Of a DNA stretch of 44,725 bases, positions 36,595-44,725 are shown piece after piece. Positions within the stretch are counted from its first letter, which is position 1; each line of letters begins with the position of its first letter. The notes below the pieces were generated by a model. The model was not told where the DNA came from. It did not search any database and worked only from the letters and a program-made list of their open reading frames with translations. The DNA is taken from positions 1 to 44,725 of IMG/VR virus record IMGVR_UViG_3300036987_000532; one strand, written 5' to 3'. The DNA is from a virus. Lineage: Duplodnaviria; Caudoviricetes. Both the position numbers and the translations under genes were made by a program.

Positions 36595-37262
36595 ACTGTG
36601 GTCATTCCTTTCGGTCTTTGATATGTGGTATGTGATTCCTTTAAGTCAAATACATCTTTCCAGTTGTTAAGAATTGACTGTTCAAGCATCTTGATTGCAA
36701 TTTCAATTTCATGCGTATTAAGTTTGTTAATCATCATTTTGATAGCACGATCTGTCATTGCACCATTCTTTAATGACTTCCTCATTTTCATGAAATCTAA
36801 GAATGTTTTATTAAGTTCATCATCATCAAAGTATCTAGTATCCTTAACAACCTTTTTGTCATTAAAAACAATATCTTTGTTATCATCTTCTAAAAGCATT
36901 GCATTTGTATTGCTTTTGCATTGCACTTGTATTGCACTTGCATCTTTTATTTCTTTATTCCAACGTTTCAAAGCGTTATCTCTACGCACCTCAACATACT
37001 CAACTCTCTTTTGGATTTCATCTAGTAAACGTTCGTTGTAATACATACCGTCATCATCTTTTTGAAACTTATCCCAGACAACCGGATCATGTTTTTTTGT
37101 GATCGACAACATCACATCTTCAGTAATCTTGCCTTCACTTGATTGATGCTGATAGCAAAGTAAGCGTATGTATTGGCCTACCTGCTTATCAGTCATCATC
37201 ATAGTTCCAACAAGGAAATCAGCCGAGTAGAATGAGAATGATGGACTTTTTGTTTTCTTCAT
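36591..37262 (-). CDS. Replication initiator (DUF1376/YdaU-like N-terminus)
   Basis: PSFSFYSADFL...GQYIRLL N-terminus, internal iterons, upstream of the DnaC-like gene. Confidence 0.8.
   Translation of the reverse strand: MKKTKSPSFSFYSADFLVGTMMMTDKQVGQYIRLLCYQHQSSEGKITEDVMLSITKKHDPVVWDKFQKDDDGMYYNERLLDEIQKRVEYVEVRRDNALKRWNKEIKDASAIQVQCKSNTNAMLLEDDNKDIVFNDKKVVKDTRYFDDDELNKTFLDFMKMRKSLKNGAMTDRAIKMMINKLNTHEIEIAIKMLEQSILNNWKDVFDLKESHTTYQRPKGMTTV
36894..36943. repeat. 11-bp tandem iterons, probable phage origin
   Basis: AAGCATTGCAT-TTGTATTGCTT-TTGCATTGCAC-TTGTATTGCAC-TTGCAT inside the initiator gene, next to AT-rich sequence. Confidence 0.8.
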
Positions 37263-37273
37263 GTTCTCATTCC

Positions 37274-37693
37274 TCAAAACGGTAAATCTTCAGGATCGAC
37301 ATTGTATGTTTCTTTTTTCACCATAAAATCTTGAGGTTTCAATTCATCATTCTCTTGAGGCTGTGTTTCTCTTTTGGCTTCTAAAAACTGAATAGAATCA
37401 CATACAACCTCAGTGACGTATTTCATGCCATCAGAGCCTTCATATTGACGAGTTTGAATCCTTCCATCAATCCCAATTAAAGAACCCTTAAAACAGTATT
37501 TGGCTAAGTTTTCAGCCTGTTTACGCCACACAACACATTGGATGAAGTCAGCTTGTTTTTCACCACCGTCATCTTTGAATTGCCGATTGACAGCAATCGT
37601 GAATGTGACAACAGCGATATTGCTTTGTGTACTCTTAAGTTCAGGATCCTTGGTGATTCTTCCAACTAAAATAACCTTATTGATCATAGCCAT
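37274..37693 (-). CDS. ssb: Single-stranded DNA-binding protein
   Basis: [30 protein letters not shown] and acidic tail EDLPF. Confidence 0.97.
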   Translation of the reverse strand: MAMINKVILVGRITKDPELKSTQSNIAVVTFTIAVNRQFKDDGGEKQADFIQCVVWRKQAENLAKYCFKGSLIGIDGRIQTRQYEGSDGMKYVTEVVCDSIQFLEAKRETQPQENDELKPQDFMVKKETYNVDPEDLPF

Positions 37694-37913
37694 GCTCCTT
37701 TAGGAATTGAACAGCCTTTGCAACCACCTCAACATCGGATGAACCATAGACGGTGTGGTACTTGTCTCTGATGCTGTATTTTCTTCTATAAAACGGATCA
37801 ACACCGACATAAACTCTTGCTAGATAACCTATGCGAAGTGAAATGACTCCGTTGTTTTCTTTTCGTATTGCTGATTCTAATACCTTTTGAATTGGTGTTA
37901 AGGTTTCGCTCAT
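37677..37913 (-). CDS. Hypothetical protein
   Basis: MSETL start after RBS GAGGAGG. Confidence 0.6.
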   Translation of the reverse strand: MSETLTPIQKVLESAIRKENNGVISLRIGYLARVYVGVDPFYRRKYSIRDKYHTVYGSSDVEVVAKAVQFLKEHGYDQ

Positions 37914-37914
37914 T

Positions 37915-38250
37915 TCAAGCCTCCTCTTCATGAATTGTCATGATTGCTTTTTTGAATTTCAACGTATCAACTGTAACGCCTGGATAAAGTCTTCCCATGT
38001 ATGATAAGATTTGTCTTTTGATAGGTGCTGTGTATTTTTCCAAACCATTGTCAAGATTGGTATGACAATGTGCACATAATACACATAGGTTTTCAGGCAC
38101 CCCTAATCCACCATGAGAACGATTGATGTGAACGTGTGCTACTGATAAAAAGTTCGATGAGCCACATACAACACATCTCTTGTCACGTTCCATAACCATC
38201 TTGCGAACTTTAGGTGTGACACCTGTTGCCTTTGTTCTTTTACTCTTCAT
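37915..38250 (-). CDS. HNH nuclease (NinG/Rap-like position)
   Basis: RD..CVVCG...AH...RSHGG.G...NL..LC..CH. Confidence 0.85.
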   Translation of the reverse strand: MKSKRTKATGVTPKVRKMVMERDKRCVVCGSSNFLSVAHVHINRSHGGLGVPENLCVLCAHCHTNLDNGLEKYTAPIKRQILSYMGRLYPGVTVDTLKFKKAIMTIHEEEA

Positions 38251-38803
38251 GGCGACCTCTCATATATTCATCTTCAAGTGATTTCAACTCACTATCTGTT
38301 ATTCCTAATGATTCAGCATGATCCAAAGCGACATCAATCAATTCTTTCATTTCCTTTGTGTTGAATTGTGATGAACCAATGAAACATCTGAAACCTTGCA
38401 TTGTTTTACCTTTTTCGCTAGTAAATGTCCGACTTAACTTAATAACGGCTCTAAACTGATTTTCAAGCGATTCCTGAGCCTCCGGTATCGCAGCGAGATC
38501 AACATAGAGTACATTGGCTTTTTTGAGTAAGAATCCATAAATGTTTTCTCTATCCTCTTGCGTATGTGATCCATTGGTTACATCGCTAATTCTTGTTATC
38601 AACGCCCATAAGAGCTTGTTTTGTTTGAGTGTTCTAGACTCTTTGTTTTCCTTTGATACAACCTCAATCAGTTCTTTTGGCTTCATCTCTTGGACTGCCA
38701 TATGTGCTGCTTGGCTGTTCTCAGGTGATACGATGAATGATACGATGGTGTTGCCACGTTCGTCACGCCAGTCATAGACACCACTTGCCACGAATCTACT
38801 CAT
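38240..38803 (-). CDS. NinB/Orf-like recombination accessory protein
   Basis: RTLKQNKLLWAL and GSSQFNTKEMKELID motifs. Confidence 0.7.
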   Translation of the reverse strand: MSRFVASGVYDWRDERGNTIVSFIVSPENSQAAHMAVQEMKPKELIEVVSKENKESRTLKQNKLLWALITRISDVTNGSHTQEDRENIYGFLLKKANVLYVDLAAIPEAQESLENQFRAVIKLSRTFTSEKGKTMQGFRCFIGSSQFNTKEMKELIDVALDHAESLGITDSELKSLEDEYMRGRHEE

Positions 38804-39444
38804 ATGGTCACTTCCTTATATCTAGATGAAATATGCAACTTGACTAACTCGCTTTTTTCACTACGATTTGCTTCAAAGAACTCTTGTGCTTTTTGCCATG
38901 ACAGATGATTGAGTTTCGCCTCTCTCTCATAGACATAGACACCTAACATCTCTTTTTCATGGATGACTTGATCAATGGTCTCAGCATCGAAATTAAACTC
39001 TAGTGAGTATAAATCATACCCTTTTGCTGAGATGCCATCTAATGTAACCGTATCGGTTGCATGGAAGATTTTGAAGTTATCCTTCATGATACGCCATCCA
39101 ATGTTCGGAACATTGTGATACAACTGAACCGGGCTAAATGTGATGCCATTGTGATGATAGACTTTACCAATTTCAATCACTTGAATTTGATATGATTTGA
39201 CGAATGGTTTGACTTTGTGAACCATGTACTCTGGTGTAAATATTTTGACGGATGGATTTGCAATTGCAATCTTACGGATGGTGTCGCCTTTAATATGGTC
39301 ACCATGCTCATGAGTGAGCAGGATTGCACTTAACTGCTTGTGCAACCCTGCAAACGTCTTGAATGAGACTCCACAATCAACTAACACCTTGTTGAAGTAG
39401 ATCACTGCATTCCCTGAGGAGCCTGATGATAAAACCTTATACAT
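38800..39444 (-). CDS. MBL-fold metallo-hydrolase (probable exonuclease partner of RecT)
   Basis: SSGSSGN, LVDCG, LTHEHGDH, HNV, ATDT and LHIS. Confidence 0.9.
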   Translation of the reverse strand: MYKVLSSGSSGNAVIYFNKVLVDCGVSFKTFAGLHKQLSAILLTHEHGDHIKGDTIRKIAIANPSVKIFTPEYMVHKVKPFVKSYQIQVIEIGKVYHHNGITFSPVQLYHNVPNIGWRIMKDNFKIFHATDTVTLDGISAKGYDLYSLEFNFDAETIDQVIHEKEMLGVYVYEREAKLNHLSWQKAQEFFEANRSEKSELVKLHISSRYKEVTI

Positions 39445-40192
39445 CCTTTAGACTTGTTTTCTTTTGAGGCTCGTCCGTCTTTGGAACCTCAGGATTGTCG
39501 AGTACTTCGTTTTGAGTAATGATAACACGGTCAGGTTTATCAGATTTTTGTGAAACTTCCCATGCCTCATTCTCTTCAATAAGACCACCTAAATCTTCAA
39601 CAAATGCTTCTCTAAGTGCTCTTACCAAAGCCACTTTTTCAACCATCGTGCCACCCTTAGAAGCCCAGTTTGAATTTGCTTCACCATTCGATCCTTTGGT
39701 TTGCTTCACTTCATCAAAGGACACTGTAACCTCGACAGGATATTTCCAATCCTTGCGATAGACTGTTGCCCATCCACCAACCAATGTATCTGATGGAAGT
39801 TTGAATGAGCCGGTGCGATGAACTGTTTCACCTTTTTCCGTGATCACGATAACACCTTGTTTTCTACCATCAAATTCAGGATGCAATACAGCACGCTTTA
39901 GGATGGCATCTTTACCGACAACGATTTGTGCAGGCAATGTTTGTGAATACTTGATGAGGTAAGCTTCTCTCAAGAATGGATTCAGTTTTCTCACCTTACA
40001 AAGTTCAGCAAACAACTTGTATTCTTGGATGGATACGTCAACACCGTTTGTGATGAATTGCTTGACGATTTGTGGTGTCAACTTAATCTTGTTGCCATCC
40101 ACGTCATACTCGATTGGTGCAAGCACCTCTTGGTATGCGATTGCATTTTTTTCTTGGATAACTTCTTTTGCTTCTTGTTTCCCGGTGACCAT
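39437..40192 (-). CDS. bet: RecT/Red-beta single-strand annealing recombinase
   Basis: LNPFLREAYLIKY, LVGGWATVYRKD, W...TMVEKVALVRALREAF, RBS AGGAGG. Confidence 0.9.
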   Translation of the reverse strand: MVTGKQEAKEVIQEKNAIAYQEVLAPIEYDVDGNKIKLTPQIVKQFITNGVDVSIQEYKLFAELCKVRKLNPFLREAYLIKYSQTLPAQIVVGKDAILKRAVLHPEFDGRKQGVIVITEKGETVHRTGSFKLPSDTLVGGWATVYRKDWKYPVEVTVSFDEVKQTKGSNGEANSNWASKGGTMVEKVALVRALREAFVEDLGGLIEENEAWEVSQKSDKPDRVIITQNEVLDNPEVPKTDEPQKKTSLKDV

Positions 40193-40202
40193 GTTTTTCC
40201 TC

Positions 40203-41036
40203 CTATTCAACTATGGTGATGCCGTTGGCTTCAATGAACGCCTTCAGGGATCTTATTTTTCTTCTTGTTGAACTAACTGTGAATGTTACTTCAAGCACTT
40301 CATCCAACGATGGATCGATAGATGGTTGTTCAACCTCTTTTTGTGGTGCTGTCGTTTGTGGCGAAATCGTTTGTGTTGGCACATATGTACTTTGTGCTTC
40401 CTCACGTTGTTTCTTGAGTGCTTCTCTTGCTTTGATGTCGTTTCGAACTTGAGTGACCGACTGTGAGAGATTCAGTGTTCTACGATAGACCACCATGATT
40501 TCATCTCTATTTTCATCTGATACGATGACTTGGATGTCACTGTCGATTTGCTGAACAAACTTCAATACGGCATCTTTGAGTGATTTGGTTGATGCTGACA
40601 AGGTGACATTGATTTGTGCTTGTTCATAGGTTACGAAGTCAACAGCATATGCTTCACATACTTCTTTGAAATAGGTCTTGATTTCAAGTGTTCGTTCAGC
40701 TTTGATTTTGCTTTCGACTTCATCAATCTTGGACTTCAGTAAGGCATCAGCATCCTTGTAACGATTGAGGATCAAATCTTTGTAGGATGTTTCAAACTTC
40801 TCATATGGTGCAAGAATCAATTGCTTGATTGTTTTTCTTGAACCCTCATACAATGTGCTTTCCTTGTTAAGTGCTGCACGAATATCCTTGAGTTGCTTGA
40901 TTGTGTCTTCATTGGCTTCAATCTTGTCAAGTTCAAGTTGATCAATTCTTGCTACCACGTCTTTTGAGATTTCTTCCAATTTGGAATACTCGATGACAGG
41001 CTCGGTTTGTAATACAATGACGTTATTTTGTTCCAT
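40203..41036 (-). CDS. DUF1351-like coiled-coil protein (Gam-like position)
   Basis: K.IRAALNK...RK.IK...PY..FE pattern. Start re-called to MEQNN (RBS AAGGAG). Confidence 0.75.
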   Translation of the reverse strand: MEQNNVIVLQTEPVIEYSKLEEISKDVVARIDQLELDKIEANEDTIKQLKDIRAALNKESTLYEGSRKTIKQLILAPYEKFETSYKDLILNRYKDADALLKSKIDEVESKIKAERTLEIKTYFKEVCEAYAVDFVTYEQAQINVTLSASTKSLKDAVLKFVQQIDSDIQVIVSDENRDEIMVVYRRTLNLSQSVTQVRNDIKAREALKKQREEAQSTYVPTQTISPQTTAPQKEVEQPSIDPSLDEVLEVTFTVSSTRRKIRSLKAFIEANGITIVE

Positions 41037-41301
41037 TCTTTTTCTCCTTTTTGCACTGTGTGCATAATGATATGTTGTAATAAGGGAAATGTTTGTTTTC
41101 ACCCCAGTGATACTTTTGACATCCAGGACACCATTTAAGGTGGCCACTTGCGTGTAATTTCAATATCTCGTCTTTACTTAGTTGATTTATCGGTTGAATG
41201 GTATCCCTCCTTGTGTTAAGATAAAGATAGATAGCGAAAACAAGTTCTCTATCCAAAGGCACATTACGTTTCTCAGACGGTGCCTTTTTTGTATGTTTCA
41301 A
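41023..41301 (-). CDS. Small Zn-finger protein
   Basis: CPGC...CTQC, TTG start after GAGGAAG. Confidence 0.55.
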   Translation of the reverse strand: MKHTKKAPSEKRNVPLDRELVFAIYLYLNTRRDTIQPINQLSKDEILKLHASGHLKWCPGCQKYHWGENKHFPYYNISLCTQCKKEKKNGTK

Positions 41302-41725
41302 CTTCCTCTTTGATGTTCAGTTGACCATCAGGATGCTTCTTGTTTGTTTTTCTTAATGATTGAACAAACGCATGAACCCACTCAAGGTTGTCAGTGCCAT
41401 TTGATGCAATCCGTTTCAAACTGGTCTTGATCCGTTTCGTCTCAAGTTCGTTTGCTCTTTGAATCTCTTCATCGGTAATGCAAATGTAGTAGCCGTTATC
41501 GTTGCCAATTACCACATCTGTTTTTTCGATGATCTCTATGATACATCTCCGAATTTCACGACCTGAAATGTCTAGTGATAATTCGAGATTTTCTCTACTG
41601 ACACCGTTTTGCTTACCCATGTGAGATATTTCCAAATGAGTTAATACTCTTTTAGCAATCTCCGAGATAGGCTTGGTGTTCTCTTGATGCACATCATAAT
41701 CATGCAAAGTCATTCTTTTTTCCAT
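41273..41725 (-). CDS. Winged-HTH DNA-binding protein
   Basis: VSRENLELSLDISGREIRRCI...GYY. Start re-called to MEKRMT (RBS AAGGAGGTG). Confidence 0.7.
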   Translation of the reverse strand: MEKRMTLHDYDVHQENTKPISEIAKRVLTHLEISHMGKQNGVSRENLELSLDISGREIRRCIIEIIEKTDVVIGNDNGYYICITDEEIQRANELETKRIKTSLKRIASNGTDNLEWVHAFVQSLRKTNKKHPDGQLNIKEEVETYKKGTV

Positions 41726-41738
41726 TGTTTCACCTCCT

Positions 41739-41957
41739 TTAGTTTCCATCGTTGCTGCAACCCTCACATATGGTTCTATCGTGATCGTATCGTGCACGAA
41801 ATGTATGAACCTCATCCACGTACTCACCACAACAATCACACTTGACCAACTTACCCTGTTCAACTTTTTCGATGAACTCTTTTAACGATGTTGCTCTTCC
41901 TTCTTTGTTGCCTGTGTTTTTACACCACACCTTGTATTCTTTGAATGATGGATTCAC
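41739..41957 (-). CDS. Small Zn-finger protein (possible recombination directionality factor)
   Basis: CDCC...CEGC, GTG start overlapping the upstream stop. RDF role is inference only. Confidence 0.55.
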   Translation of the reverse strand: MNPSFKEYKVWCKNTGNKEGRATSLKEFIEKVEQGKLVKCDCCGEYVDEVHTFRARYDHDRTICEGCSNDGN

Positions 41958-42169
41958 GCTTCTAACCTCACTTTGATTTGTCGATCAAGTCTTCTACAAA
42001 AGAATGCTGTATTGCGTTTCATAGGTGGTAAATCGAAATAAAAAAGTACACTTTGAAGTTCCGGATATTTATCTATCCTAACCACCTGTCGATATGACTT
42101 GCTATTCTCGGTTTTCACGTGATCACCGACATCAATCATTGATAGTTTCTTCATTGTGTACTTGGGCAT
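41954..42169 (-). CDS. Small basic hypothetical protein
   Basis: MPKYT start after RBS AAGGAG. Confidence 0.6.
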   Translation of the reverse strand: MPKYTMKKLSMIDVGDHVKTENSKSYRQVVRIDKYPELQSVLFYFDLPPMKRNTAFFCRRLDRQIKVRLEA

Positions 42170-42266
42170 TTGATTCGTTCTCCTTGTTTTGCAATTCGAT
42201 TGCCTTTTTACAAATAGACAATATTGCATTTGTGTTCATTCCAACATCGGATGTCATCTTATCCAT
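42132..42266 (-). CDS. 44-aa small ORF not in the ORF track
   Basis: MDKMTSDVGMNTNAILSICKKAIELQNKENESNAQVHNEETIND*, RBS-like AAGGT, fills the gap after cro. Confidence 0.55.
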   Translation of the reverse strand: MDKMTSDVGMNTNAILSICKKAIELQNKENESNAQVHNEETIND

Positions 42267-42276
42267 ACGCATTACC

Positions 42277-42507
42277 TTAGAACTCGTCTTTGAATAAATA
42301 ATCAATATCCTTGTCTAGCAGCCTTGATATCAATTTTGTTTCATCCAAATAAAACCCTGTGGTGCCATTCATCTTGTTTCGCATCGAGCTTGTAGATATG
42401 CCAACCGTCACCGCAAGAGATTCGATGGTGTATCCTTTGTTTTGCATTTCTTTACGTAGCATTGGAAACTTGAATGTGCTTGTACTTCTTTTTTTAATCT
42501 TAGGCAT
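42277..42507 (-). CDS. Cro-like XRE HTH regulator
   Basis: GYTIESLAVTVGISTSSMRNKMNG...IDYLF. First gene of the leftward operon. Confidence 0.85.
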   Translation of the reverse strand: MPKIKKRSTSTFKFPMLRKEMQNKGYTIESLAVTVGISTSSMRNKMNGTTGFYLDETKLISRLLDKDIDYLFKDEF

Positions 42508-42525
42508 CTCAATAACCCCCTTCCG

Positions 42526-42625
42526 TAGTGCGTTTCGCCTACTGCTTACTTTTATTATAGTGCATTTCGACTATTTGTCAAGCATAATTTTCACATTTTA
42601 AACAATTTATTGTGCATTTCGCTTA
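42526..42625. promoter_or_regulatory. Three 16-bp operators
   Basis: TAGTGCGTTTCGCCTA (42526-42541), TAGTGCATTTCGACTA (42558-42573), TTGTGCATTTCGCTTA (42610-42625). Confidence 0.85.
42554..42581 (-). promoter_or_regulatory. Lytic sigma-A promoter
   Basis: TTGACA (42581-42576), 16-bp spacer, TATAAT (42559-42554). Operator 2 lies over the spacer. Confidence 0.85.
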
Positions 42626-42639
42626 TTTATTGATATAAT
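42610..42639 (+). promoter_or_regulatory. Repressor/integrase promoter (extended -10)
   Basis: TGATATAAT at 42631-42639 with a weak -35 TTGTGC overlapping operator 3. Confidence 0.7.
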
Positions 42640-42656
42640 GTTTGTGAAAGGTAGGT

Positions 42657-42971
42657 ATGCGTATGGACTTTTATGACAGAATCAGTATTTTGTTGTCAAA
42701 GAACATGGTGACCAGAAAACAAATGTGTGAAGATTTGAATATCTCTTACCACACTCTCAATTCGCTTTTTAAGAGACGGACTGAAAGAATGCCTTTAGAG
42801 ATGATTCAAAAGATTGCTGAGTATCTGAAAACAACGGTTGAATACCTTGCTTTTGGAACTGAATCAACCGTCATCAATGTAGATTCGGAATTGATGGAAA
42901 TTGTCAAATCGTTGGATCAACATAAAAAAGACGAATTGTTGAAATTCGCCAAGTATCTGAAAAATACATAA
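42657..42971 (+). CDS. CI-like XRE repressor lacking an S24 peptidase domain
   Basis: HTH TRKQMCEDLNISYHTLNSLF...KIAEYL.TTVEYL plus a short helical C-terminal domain, divergent from cro. Confidence 0.88.
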   Translation: MRMDFYDRISILLSKNMVTRKQMCEDLNISYHTLNSLFKRRTERMPLEMIQKIAEYLKTTVEYLAFGTESTVINVDSELMEIVKSLDQHKKDELLKFAKYLKNT

Positions 42972-42984
42972 GTGAGGTATATGT

Positions 42985-43230
42985 ATGTTTGAGTTCATAG
43001 GAACGCTCATTCTCCCTATTGTCTTTTATGTGGCCAGTAAACAGTTCAAAAGAACCTTCTTTATTGAGTTGTTTTTATTCTTGTGTTTTGCGTCATTCAT
43101 GCTTGGCTCGATTACAGTATGGTTCCCCCAAATGCCAGAATGGATGACTTCGCTTCAGTTTGTTTCTGTCATAATTATATATCCAGTGTCACGGATTTTC
43201 ATCCATCGCTTTGCACCAAAACATGAATAG
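42985..43230 (+). CDS. Small three-TM membrane protein in the lysogeny operon
   Basis: 81 aa, very hydrophobic, RBS GAGGT. Confidence 0.7.
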   Translation: MFEFIGTLILPIVFYVASKQFKRTFFIELFLFLCFASFMLGSITVWFPQMPEWMTSLQFVSVIIIYPVSRIFIHRFAPKHE

Positions 43231-44725
43231 GGCAGTTATATATGCACGCTATTCATCTACCGGACAAAATGACCAATCAATCGATACTCAGATTGATATA
43301 TGTAAGGCGTACGCATCATCACGTGATTTGATTGTCGTTGATACCTATATCGATCGAGGCTTAACTGGAACAAACACCAATCGGCCTGGATTCCAAAAAA
43401 TGATTGAGGATTCATACCTCAAGAGATTTGATTTCGTTATCGTTTATAAATTGGATCGTTTTGCACGTGATGAATATGATGATATTCGATTTGAGAGATT
43501 GCTAAATGCCAATGGCGTTAAGAGATTGTCAGCAACCGAGTCTATTCCCGATGACTATTTTTCGGCTGCCTTAATCAAAGCCGTTACTCGTTTGAACAAT
43601 GAACAGTACTCTAGAATACTATCCGAACGTGTCAACGCAGGACTTGACAAGAATGTTCAACGTGGACTCATGGTAGGTGGATCCATCACATACGGATATA
43701 AATTGATCAATAAAAAGTATCTCATTGATGATGCAACAGCACCATTTGTAGTTAAGATATTTGAGATGTACGCTGAAGGTCATACAGCAAACGACATCAT
43801 TTTATTCCTAACTTCAAACGGTATCTTTAATGTGAATGACAAGCCGTTTATGATGCAGCACATCATGAAGATACTTCGGAACAAGAGATACATTGGAACG
43901 TTCATATATAAAGGTATAGAACATCCCAATTTTGTTCCACCTATCATTGATGATCACTTATTTAATCAAGTGCAAGGACGCATAAAAAAGGCTAAGAACC
44001 GTAGAAGAGTACGATCCGATGTCGAGTATCTATTGACCGGGAAACTCTTTTGTGGCTTGTGTGGTAAGCCAATGGCAGGTTATTCAGGCACTGGCAAATC
44101 AGGTAGGAAGTTTCACTACTATCGATGCAAGTGTGATAAGAAAAATGAGCCTAAAGAAAAACTTGAGGCTCTTGTAGTCAGCATTGCAACCGAACAAATT
44201 GTCAATAGCCCTCACCTTGATGAGTGGATCGATTACTCAATTAAAGTCTATAATGAGAGTTTTGGTTCCATCGATACCATGATAAAACACATCCAATCTG
44301 AAATAAGGAAAACAAAGAGTGAGATTGATAATGTAGTGACTGCAATCAAACAAGGTATCATTACAGCATCCACAAAAACGGAACTGATATCCTTGGAAGA
44401 TAGGTTGAAATCTTTGTTGAATGAACTGACATTGAAAGAATCACTGAAACCATCAGCATTGGATCATGAAACTCTTAAAAAGTGGTTTGCCCATGCTTCA
44501 TCACTCGATCATAAGGATATAATTGAAGCATTGGTGAAGAAAGTGGTTGTTTATGACGATAAGATAGATGTTTCGTTCTATTTATCAAATCGAAGTGTTA
44601 GTTTAGACACATCTAATGCCCACCATTTTTTAAAGCACAGGTTTGATACCATACACATCGTATCAAACCTTTTTTCATGTTTTTTTTATGAGATAATCAG
44701 AACATTTGTAAAGGTCAAATATTAA
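43223..44725 (+). CDS. int: Large serine recombinase (integrase)
   Basis: YARYSS catalytic motif, VYKLDRFARD, recombinase domain, Zn ribbon CGLC...CKC and coiled coil. Confidence 0.96.
   Translation: MNRAVIYARYSSTGQNDQSIDTQIDICKAYASSRDLIVVDTYIDRGLTGTNTNRPGFQKMIEDSYLKRFDFVIVYKLDRFARDEYDDIRFERLLNANGVKRLSATESIPDDYFSAALIKAVTRLNNEQYSRILSERVNAGLDKNVQRGLMVGGSITYGYKLINKKYLIDDATAPFVVKIFEMYAEGHTANDIILFLTSNGIFNVNDKPFMMQHIMKILRNKRYIGTFIYKGIEHPNFVPPIIDDHLFNQVQGRIKKAKNRRRVRSDVEYLLTGKLFCGLCGKPMAGYSGTGKSGRKFHYYRCKCDKKNEPKEKLEALVVSIATEQIVNSPHLDEWIDYSIKVYNESFGSIDTMIKHIQSEIRKTKSEIDNVVTAIKQGIITASTKTELISLEDRLKSLLNELTLKESLKPSALDHETLKKWFAHASSLDHKDIIEALVKKVVVYDDKIDVSFYLSNRSVSLDTSNAHHFLKHRFDTIHIVSNLFSCFFYEIIRTFVKVKY
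44639..44675 (+). terminator. Rho-independent terminator within the 3' end of the integrase ORF
   Basis: 11-bp stem AGGTTTGATAC (44639-44649) / GTATCAAACCT (44660-44670) followed by a T-run. Confidence 0.75.

Larger units (their letters stand above)
1..44725. mobile_element. Temperate phage/prophage with podovirus-type (P22-like portal, short tail) morphogenesis genes
   Basis: Contiguous integrase, cI/cro, replication, terminase, portal, capsid, tail and ejection genes. No tape measure, tail tube or sheath genes recognised. Confidence 0.95.

Noticed and set aside
31830-38250. Complete restriction-modification system (MTases plus HNH)
   Set aside because: The HNH gene sits in the NinB/SSB recombination block and looks like a NinG-type nuclease. 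No endonuclease lies next to the MTases.
1279-42601. Numerous + strand ORFs in the track (e.g. 8966-9520, 22402-22983, 36625-37041)
   Set aside because: Antisense shadows of well-supported minus-strand genes, without convincing RBS or motifs.
44600-44630. Intact tRNA gene
   Set aside because: Only a CCA-like end is present, with no T-loop or cloverleaf upstream.
1-44725. CRISPR array, rRNA or IS element
   Set aside because: No regularly spaced repeats, no large non-coding gaps and no transposase motifs.

Overview
The window is almost entirely one temperate phage or prophage of a low-GC Bacillota-type host. It uses standard code 11, since TGA acts as a stop in many ATGA overlaps, and it is trimmed at the stop codons of its first and last genes. 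From right to left it carries: a large serine integrase, a small membrane gene and a cI/cro switch with three operators; a recombination and replication block (DUF1351, RecT/Bet, MBL hydrolase, NinB-like, HNH, SSB, initiator with iterons, DnaC-like); three orphan DNA methyltransferases; small accessory genes; and a podovirus-type morphogenesis module (TerS, TerL, P22-like portal, an inserted lipoprotein, scaffold, capsid, adaptor, nozzle, fibres). Three membrane proteins follow, with no recognisable endolysin, and then two probable ejection genes. The most notable item is the 3333-aa polyvalent ejection-type protein. It strings together two HExxH peptidase-like units, a MuF-C/BECR RNase-like unit, an LPD23-like unit and three ADP-ribosyltransferase-like units, with R-[YF]-[SM] motifs at six unit junctions. 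Also notable: a tail fibre split by a single in-frame TAA, an apparent absence of GCGC, a probable att site resembling a tRNA 3' end inside the integrase ORF, and a shared hairpin upstream of terS and the scaffold gene. All family calls come from reading motifs by eye, not from database searches.
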